Assembly (NCBI GenBank): GCA_002633005.1
Contig: NMRA01000004.1
Span: 2,025,935 to 2,089,934 of the forward strand
Direction: 5' to 3'
DNA from: Phoronis australis
Lineage: Eukaryota > Animalia > Phoronida
DNA: 64,000 nt
The notes below the pieces were generated by a model. It had not been told where the DNA came from. It searched no databases and was given only the letters and a program-made list of their open reading frames with translations. The number at the start of each line of letters is the position of its first letter. Position 1 is the first letter of the stretch. This document shows, piece by piece, positions 54,668 to 64,000 of this stretch. Position numbers and translations under genes: made by a program.

Positions 54668-54967
54668 CAGTGGCGGTTTGGGGGGTGGGGCAAGGGGGCC
54701 ATGGCCACACCCTAAACTTCTCCCAGATACCATTTGGGAGTTCGGGGTGCCAATTGCTGTGGGGGCGAATGCACAATGCATAGGCCTTGAACAAACCCCG
54801 TTTACAGTTTATTTTTATTTAAATTCTTTTTTTAGTAATAAGGTCCACAAACCCGAAAATTTGAGACCCCTGTATCCCTACATTTTAGGCTGGACGCACG
54901 CATGTGGCGAAATTCTGGTTATTCCTGTGCCCTGCCCCCCTAACTCAAAATCCTGGATCCGTCCCTG
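54668..54967 (-). mobile_element. Composite A+B MITE, second copy
   Basis: Reverse complement matches 46278-46590 with the same nesting point (accagaatttcgcca|catgc); the right end of the nested B is deleted. Confidence 0.8.
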
Positions 54968-55923
54968 TAATTGAGCCTCCAAATGCATCACGCGCTACCC
55001 GAAGTTAAATCTCACCGCCTAGCTCGTTCGATACACTGGTCATCAATTTCAGTGTTAGCTTAAAGTCCTTATCTCAAAGGGCATTCTAGTTCAAAAACTT
55101 AAACATACATACCATAATAAGTAATATGTAACACAGCATAATGTTCACATCCTTTCCGTCATCAAACAAAAACCTTTTTGCGCAATTTTGTACCTCGGCC
55201 GAGAGCGGAAAAACATCGATTAATCCCGTCTATTTCTGTGACCTGAGTTCTTGTGTGTTAGTTCAGGAACGATTCCTGAATGCCAGTCATGTTGTCCTTG
55301 AAAACGTATTGACATCACCGTTAGCGTAAAATGCGTTGTTACTTTGTTTGGTAGCTTTTGATTCCCATTTTGGTTCTTTTTATACAAACTGGATTATTTA
55401 CTGTCCAGAATTTACCTATTCTTTGCTTATGACGAATGATATTTAATGCATAATCATAAGTTTGTGAAGTATCGTCGCAGTCTCCCGAGATACATCTATC
55501 GGAACATCAGTACTGTCTGCAAAACATGAGGCTGGACACCATTTCCTACTTTAAAGGGTACAATATGTATTAGCGCATGCGAAAATGACTGAAACGAACA
55601 CAAGGCAAACTGGAGAAAACGATAGGGAACAATCAAAATTTACATCATCCAAAATCTGGGACTTTTTACCACCCTCCTCTGTCAACACCCGTCATCACAG
55701 ACATCATCCCCGGTTTTTGGAAGAACCGACAGCTCGTTGGCGATTCCGTCTTCATGATTCCAAAAAAAAAAAAAAAACTAATGTCGCTAAGTTGCTTTTG
55801 CCGCTGTTGAAATGAACTATCAAACCGAGAATGATGAATATTTTCATACCTAACTACATGTACATGTACGTCAGAGGAGTGAGGATAGGGCGAGGAAAAC
55901 AAAAAGTTTTAGTAAAGGCGTCA

Positions 55924-57030
55924 TTTTTATGCGTCCACATATTTAAATGTGGGTGCATATGGCCGTCATCTCTGTCCGGCGTACGGTGCTGTTTCTTGTA
56001 AATTCTTTGCAGGATGCTAATGAGATTTGGCAGATATATATAAAGCAGACGACTATGGATTTTTTGGCGACCCGTTTATCGCTTTGCCCCTTAGTGGCAA
56101 TTTTAGTTTTACACCTTTGGCACTGTCAGGTACTTGCTAAGTTCCTTGATGGACTTTCGTAAAATTTCGTAAAATAGGTTTCTATTAAGGAGGTGATGAA
56201 GCCTTCCAGTTTTCGGACGGACTTGACACATTCTGCGCCATCTGGTGGCCACTGTAATGTTTTTGAATACGTTTTTGAGGTTAGCCTCTCTATCCGCTGA
56301 ACAATTCAAAGGATCATAACGAACATTGGCAGATTTGTTTTGGACGAGAGCACCACAAGTGAATTTCGGACTGGTTTTAGTGCTCTGGCGCCCCCTTGCG
56401 GCAATTTGTTTTTACTTATTGCCTTTAATAACTCTTTGGATGATCCTTTTGAAATTTGACAGATGTGTTCCAATGGAGGTGTCAACAGATGACGACGAGT
56501 TTCAGACCAATCTGACTACAGTTGTCCCCTCTAGTACATGGCAATTTTTATGTTTTATGTTTGCCTCTGTTAGTTTAGGTACGGGCGAATTTTTGTGAAA
56601 TTTGGCAAATAGTTTCTATTAAGGAGACAAAATGCCTTTTCATTGTTGGGCGGATTCGACGTATTCTGCAGCAACTACTGTCCATTTTTATTATTTCGAG
56701 GCCGGTCTTGCCTTCCGCCTCCTTATTCGCCGATCATTATTAAACTTAGCAGTTGTTTTCCTGAGAAGTCCATGCGTGAACTGATTTCTGCACAGGCCTT
56801 ACAACTGTGGCGGCCCCTTGTGATGCTTTTATATTTTTGTGACCATAACTATAGGTGTACTGAATGTGACAATGACTGTCTACGACTTTTGAACGACTCT
56901 GCCTACTGCTGTGTCCCCTAGTGGCATTTTTAATGAATTTTGGCAGTTTTGTAATAGATGGACGTCGGTTGACGCGATGGAGACGATTGCCAAGATATGA
57001 GTGCCAATCTACATAGCCTCGGAGTTTAAA
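55924..57030 (+). mobile_element. HINE/DINE-like (Helentron-associated) element with ~145-bp internal tandem units
   Basis: T-run start, a subterminal 13-bp stem (tatgcgtccacat / atgtgggtgcata, 55928-55959), a ctgtccg remnant, then repeated gcccc(c)tagtggc-type and aaatttggcaga-type motifs; tttctattaaggag recurs about 433 bp apart. Right boundary approximate. Confidence 0.55.
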
Positions 57031-58649
57031 AGAATAGCATAAGTATTTCAGTTCATTCCAAAATATGGTTACTCATCCAAATACATGTACGTTGCAAAAG
57101 CTGATATCACGATATGTAGTATTGTACATGTGGCGTCACACGGAAATGGAAAACTTCGTTTCGAATGCGCATTGGTACAACCGTCCTCGTACACTGCCTG
57201 TCAAACATAATGTGTTTATCCAATTAAACACGTGCATGATTTACAGTGTTCCTTTTTCTTTTGTTGCGATGTTGAAGTTTAAGAAATATTGTCTTTTCAA
57301 ACGTATGTCCCTGTTACTGACAGCAAATTTGTTCTCAGAACATCGTGCGACCAGACATGTCTGCAGGTGTAACTGTAGTTGGGAACCCAGGCATTCCTAG
57401 CAGTGCTCAAGCAACTTACGGAAACACGCGTCCGAGAACACGGACGAATGTCAAAGAACGAATGTCCGAAAGTAGTTGTATTGAACAGTATCTGAATCGA
57501 ACACTAAAGATTGTCGTGGTGAGGTGGACGAATGTAAAGTCAGTGAGCCTCGCCGTTCATTGCATATGGTAATTTAAGGTACTGGTGTAATCGGAATGGT
57601 GATCAAAACGTATTGTGTCAATTCAGCTCTTTTCCAGTTTTTCTCATATCATACACTGAGAATTACTCCGGTGTGACAGTGTCTTTGTTAAATTTACTAA
57701 ACCAAAACGGTAATATGAGCGTCTATGAAAAAGTATTGATCACTTAACACTTTTTCATGTCTGGTATAGGATTTTTCTATCGTAGTAGCCCTTGATAATT
57801 ATGGAGACTTTCGTGTCTAATAGTCCTTTGTAAATTACTGAGAAACTAAAGCCCCCAATGTCGACAACCACCCCGTAACTTTTACAAGTGTCCTAGGAAA
57901 TGCGTAGGTCACCTATTTCAGACACAGTTAAAAACAATTCGAGTACTTACATGTATGATTGCGGTGCGTTTGTACACCACGCATGCTCTGTGCCGAGTTC
58001 ATCACGTCATTACGAACGCTAATGAGTAGATGACTAATGAAATTTGCGTTGTTTCTCGTTAAAAATGATGTGCTAGTTTTGACTAATAAGTTTCTGCGGT
58101 ACTTTCTGCAAATAGCTCAGTACTCAACTTCCTGTTGACTGTAAAGCTCCGTTCAAGTAATGAAATGACTTCTGACCTTCACACAAAATATTTTGCCAAA
58201 ACGTCTACAGTGCACACATGTGCAAGGGTTCGACATCAAACCACGACCAGGAATGGAATGTTAGTGATATTTGTTCTTCTTGTATTGATGTGATTTTTGC
58301 GAGGATATCGTATTAAGCGGAACAGCTAGTTACTGTTCGAGTGATTCAAAACTCAGCTAAACCAGTGCATCTAGATTGTGCTAAAGTCCACAATACAGAA
58401 ATCTCACTTGTTAATTAATGCACGCGTCATTCCAAACCTCCAGGTTTTACGAACTTGCGTGAAATTAAAATAGCTACTTCGAGAAACCAATCTGAAGAGG
58501 GGAACTTGTCAGACTTCATAAATTACACACATACATTTTGCACTTTTGTCTAATTTCATGGACTTCTGTATTTTACTTTACTACATCTAAACACATAGCA
58601 AGCATTGTTGAAAGAAAAAATGCCACTGATGGTTCGTAGTAGGTGTCTC

Positions 58650-59068
58650 AGAATCACTCAGAAACTCATACATGTAATTCTGTCTTTGTCAAACATTAAA
58701 ATTAAGAAAAGTTGCAAAACACTTGCGTGGTTGATGCCAACACGAAAACTGGTTTTGTTTTTTTTTTGGCAAGTCAAGACTATTTTAAACACTACATCTT
58801 TAGCTACGAACTGGTTGCGCAAGGTACAGTATAAAGCGTGGAATAAACATTATGGGAAGAAGAAGGATCGCGCAAACGCTGTGGACCATAAACAAGTTTG
58901 TCTATTAGCATTGTACATTTGTATTTTAACTGAAAGCGTGGTGGTGCAGTGAAAGAGCACGCGCACTCTGACCGATGCTTCGTGAGTTTTTACGCATATT
59001 CTCATCATGCTTTGCGCGATTACGAAACAAAATGTTGCCCCCCCTTATGATACCCTAGATCCGCCACT
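58650..59068 (+). mobile_element. Family D element, second diverged copy
   Basis: Colinear with 39085-39655 but lacks its ~39410-39570 segment; ends ctagatccgccact. Confidence 0.7.
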
Positions 59069-61779
59069 TCAAATTGTTGACAAAGAATGACATGGGCGGC
59101 ATTGTGCAGGAATCGTCAACAAAACTCTTGACATTAAAACAGTTTACAGCTGTCGAAGAAATCGACGGTGGTAACAGAGTGATTAATTCAATATCGGGAT
59201 TTGCGCAAAAAGACCAAGCAGGGCATTGCATATTGTATTTAATTATATTATAAAGACAGTATAAGTTTTATATTTATAGGTAAATTGGCCGCAACTTAAT
59301 AACGCACATGCCTTTTGAAGCTTTTCCTGCCTTAACCTTGGGATATGATCTCTCTCGATTTACGAACGGGAGCGAACTGTAGGCACCAACAGACATTTGC
59401 TAGCCCATTTAAGAGGTACGTAATATGCAAATGTATGACGTTCCAAAGGGATCTCCGTTAGTGTCTCTCTATGTACAACTAAGGTTATTCTACGCCTAAT
59501 AGTCTTGTAGGTAAAACTGATCATTCAACGCAAAACAGGGTGGATGCACTTGGGTTCTTTCAGTGCTCCCACTTAGTTATGTAAAATCAAATTCTTTAGA
59601 GATAGGAGTAGTGACGCTCACCACCAGTAAGTGACTCCCATACATCGATTTGTAGGTGCTATTGAGTGCCTCAAGGGACATAGGATTATGTCAGAGGTCA
59701 ACTATTAGGGTAGTCAAATAATGAAGCGACAAGCTCTGATATTTAACGAAAGCCATCCTTGAGAAAAAAGTAAAACTTAACTGAATTATTCTATATGTTA
59801 TAGTTTTAAAGGCAAACGTTCTTAAGTGCGGTCTTAAATCGACCTGCTTGCAACGTCACCCGACCTAATAAACATAAGTTCGAAAAGATTTCTGCCCCCA
59901 CCGGATTGTATTTCTGTGATCGGCCAGTGGTCCCGATGTCTCAGTAGACTAGCTTGTCTCTACGGTTAACGGAGTGTCCCGAATTCTAGTCCCGGTGTTT
60001 GCAGAAATCTTTAGACTTTTGTTCATTAAGTCACGTGATGTGGCCCGCAGGTGACGTGCAGACCTGATTAAATGTTTGTGATCTGTATTTCTACACCGGT
60101 TCAAGATTTACATTGTCATATCATACTTTACGTAATACTTGTTCCATACAAATTAATGACATCTCCATTAACCTGCTCGCTTATTAGAAAACAGCAAAAC
60201 TCTTCGAAACTGGTCTTATAAAATCCGATTTTACTAACCAAACGACTACTATAGGGATACGCGTAGCGTAGTATTGCTACTCTGCGTAAAATGAATTTTT
60301 CTACGCTTAGAATAAACTATTATGCGCGTTGAATGAGCGCTTTCTACCTAGCTCCTTCGATGGAAATTTCATCCATTTGCGTTCGATGTTATCATATACA
60401 CTGTACATCATAACGTCGTACGGAAAATGACAAGTTGTATCGATTGAAGTGCTTCTTACACTCCTAAAGGCTCTCATTTACATTTATAAAAAGTCCATGA
60501 ACTGAGTTATTAGCTAAACGCGCGGAAATTTAAGGATGCACTTTTCTGTTTAAATTTGGTAAACATGTATTGGAATCTCGATCCTTTTACCGGGCAACCG
60601 ATAGCCTTTAACACACAGAATAATCCGTTTTACTCGAATCACTTTGCGAACGCAACCTGTTTCTCTGTGACTTATTTCGCAACATTAATAAAATTAATTT
60701 GTAAAATGCCATTAACTAATGAAGTGAACAAAAGAAGAAAAAAGCTATCTTTTTCTCATCAAGCTTCTCTTCTTTCGATCCGACGACATAATCAATGCAG
60801 ATTGTCATGGAAATCGGTTTCATGTGCTTTAGGTCTGCTATTTAAATGTATACATTTTATTGTGAAACAATGAGCTCTCGTGTGCGATTTGCAGTCGAAT
60901 CAAAGGGGGCTATTATTGAAGTGCAAAAGCCTAAGTCCCAATGATTCAATTATGCACTGATCAAACAGGAAACTATGCAAATATCAATATCGGCCAATTA
61001 TTGAAATTATTGCCGTGAGTCAATATGCACACTTCCATCGAATATTTGATATCGTTTCGCATCATTAGCGACGTGACCACCACGATTACTGTTGCGATCA
61101 ATGACATCAGGAGTTTTAAGCGTGAGCCTCGTTATCATCGTTATCGTTATCGTCATCGTATTCGCCATGAGGTTATTTAAAAACATTCAACTTATACATC
61201 TCACAGGAATTTTTTCATGTGACGCTGTATATGCAATGACGATGGAATGCCGACTGGTCACTTAATAAATATTGTTATGAAGAGGTGCACTGTATTGTTC
61301 ATCATCCAATTTACCGTTACCATGTTAATTGTCACCATCATCACCATCATCACTATAGCAATATGCACCCTGGACCAAAGAGATAATATAACTAGAGTGG
61401 ACATCACGTGGTTTTCGTTGAGCGGAGTGGTTCGCCATCGTGCTGATGAACCGTGTTCATGGAGAAGCGTGTGTACTGTGTAGTATCTAGGAACTAATAT
61501 TGGTAACAACACGGGATTTCAAGTAAAAACTCATACCTTTAATGTCAGGATCACCAAGTGCAAACTAGGATTTTTAGAAAAGCATCCAAGAAAATCATTG
61601 GATTCTTGTGCACAGAATTAAAGGGTCTTAACACTTATCTTTATTTATAGCATAAAACAGACCCTATTGAAAGTGTCCGAGCCAGACCATTGTTTTCCCG
61701 TTTTTTTTAGTCCTCCGTGTGTTTTACAGTGAAAGATCTACGTTCTCAGAAATTCGAGCCCCTATATTTTTGGATGCCC

Positions 61780-61828
61780 GACATAAAGTGTTGCCTCCCT
61801 TATCAGCGATATCCTAGGTCCGCCACTG
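61780..61828 (+). mobile_element. Isolated right end of a family A/D element
   Basis: aaagtgttgcctcccttatcagcgatatcctaggtccgccactg resembles the ends at 39612-39655 and 59029-59068. Confidence 0.55.
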
Positions 61829-64000
61829 TAATACAAGATAGTGAAAGAAAAGTTATGAGCGGAGCACTGAAGAAATTTTCCTTGAGACAACTCAGCACCC
61901 CTTACATGCGTTTTATTTTTTGACAAAAAACGTCTGCATATTGATGTAATTATTATTCCTTCGTATAACCTGAAATAGACAATTGCAATCACCTTTCGAG
62001 AACGGGTCTGTGCAAATGCATGTTTCGGACCTCCGGCTTCGGCCGTCCAAGCAGATGTGTTCACCGGCACACGCGGCTAACCGATGTATATGTGCTTGTC
62101 TTACCAACCAGTACAGGTTGGTTTTGGTGTCACGTGTGCATTCTTCTTTTTTCCTTGAAATACTTAATGTTACTCTATCCTTTGCAAAATTTTGCTCCCA
62201 GCTTTTATTCAAATTTGGCCTGTGCCCTCAATTCTGAATATGCACATGTACATGTACACAAACATGTGCAGTTCCATTGGTCAATTATTGCATACAATGA
62301 CACGACTTCACATGCACGCATACTGTTGTTTGTATGCTCATCGATTTCCATGGGTTCCTATTAATTTTTTTACTTAGTGTTCAAGTGTTTCACACGAACG
62401 CATGCCTCAAATCTTTTTCTTAGAATAAATCATGTGGCGTCGGGTCAAGGAATTTTTAGGACGGTACAAAAAACTTGGGGAATACAGTGATGTAATGGCG
62501 CGCCGGAGGAGCGGCCCCCTTCACAGCTGATCGTCTTATCGGTTTATAAACAACAGAAGAATAGGTACTATAAAATTATAACAACGAAAAAGTTTAATCA
62601 TGTTGCTGTAAAATATCATTTTCCAAAACTTTATACATTTCAGTGATTGTCTTTTCGACTGAGCCGGCAAAACCTCCCAGGCCCTAGCAGCACTTCGTGA
62701 GAAATTCAGCCAAAGTGATTAGGAATTTTGTCTTTGCAATGGCTTATATGACTGTTTAAGAAATGCAAAGGCCACAAATTTACATTGCTTTATGTTACCA
62801 ATATTTAACACCTCGTTAGTATTTAAAATTTTAAATTCTATTCTGAAATTCCCCGGCTTCTATAACGCCACCGTGCTTTTGTTTACGTGGCGTTCATCAC
62901 CAGTATGGCAGACCGTGTGTCACTGTCTGGCTTGCGAGTACAGTTGTGTGTCTTTTATGTATATAGCCCATGCCCTGGACCGTGTTAAGCAATAGAGAGG
63001 CCAGGACACACAAAAGTTATTGGGCTCGTAACCTCTATGACATACTCCTCGAGCTATGATTCTAGACTTTGGTACATTCTTGAATTTGTTTGCTAGGGTG
63101 CATTCTTTTGATTATAAAATCTTGCTGTTTGTCGAAAACCGAACAAGGATTGCGTTCAAGATAACCGTCAATAATGGATTTTGAAATTTGAAAAACGTCT
63201 TCGCCAGTAATATTGCTTCTCATCGACGCCAAATTGTTCTCGTTGACATCAGCAATCCTTGACAAAGCAGCATGTGACGTTTGGCACTGCATTCGGATAA
63301 CTCGAGTTGCACCTCCCCTGGCAGCCCAGCATATTTCGAACAAGCTTGATGGGGTTTATCATAATTTCGAAACATGCGTTGCCGTTTGTGGGTTGATAGC
63401 GATCATAATTTATAGAAAGTCTGATTGATTGCAAAAAGTCTGTTGCTGCAATACAAGAACTAGAAACGGTAGTGTAGCACAATTGGAGGCCCCACTCCGC
63501 CATATTGCCATTCTCCGAAATGGTTAGCGGTCGAAAATCTAACGCATCTAAGCGGCAAATAAACAATACTAACCGAGTCCGAACCATGTAGACACCGATA
63601 AAATCAAACTTTAATGACGTTCTACGTGCAATATAACAACTGTGTGATTGAAAATGGGTAAAACACATATGTTCACATTCACTTATAATCAAATGAGAAT
63701 AAAAATGTGTGTTTCAGTCAACATTATAGTGTAACAATTTAGCATTCATTCTCTAGAAACTCTTTTCAAAAACTGATCCTTGTTTGAGTTTTTAGTAAAG
63801 CAAGTCACGGTTTCTATGATTACATTTGATACATGTACCTGCAGGGACTACATAGTTTTAGTGATTTCTCATCATGGTGCTTCAGGGGCACTGTCCTCGG
63901 GTACCAGCGGAAGGGGACACATTTGGACCAAAACAAGTAAAAACTAGGCGGGTGCCAGATTGGTGTTGACCCCCTCTCAGGAGGGTGCTCGGGAAAAGTG

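Noticed and set aside
57339-57570. Splice-bounded open segment; another frame has EGF-like NTDEC / EVDEC words
   Set aside because: Cysteine spacing does not fit EGF and that frame has several stops.
63062-63460. Protein-like minus-strand frames (93 aa; another ending TCCFVKDC like Ly6)
   Set aside because: No full cysteine pattern or known family; cannot be distinguished from chance.

Overview
Eukaryotic, AT-rich, repeat-dense, apparently non-coding DNA (intronic or intergenic). It looks like a heterozygous marine-invertebrate-type draft assembly, with single-N joins and an ~850-N gap; the taxon is an inference. I found no intact protein-coding gene; the long ORFs come from microsatellites or Ns. 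The window holds at least three families of short GC-rich non-autonomous DNA elements with CA..TG termini and 5-bp target-site duplications (TSDs), including a nested composite present twice. It also holds a TTAA-flanked MITE, a HINE/Helentron-like element with ~145-bp units carrying CTCF-like motifs, and tRNA-derived SINE-like heads. Decayed coding relics include a THAP zinc finger, a CR1/L2-type reverse transcriptase, and a Penelope-like N-terminus preceded by a hammerhead-like core. Two near-identical tandem duplications split by one N are probably uncollapsed alleles. The most striking signal is about 30 copies of TACATGTA. In-window paralog alignments show it arising as +6 (CATGTA) insertions at TA, sometimes stacked, matching Tc1/mariner excision footprints.
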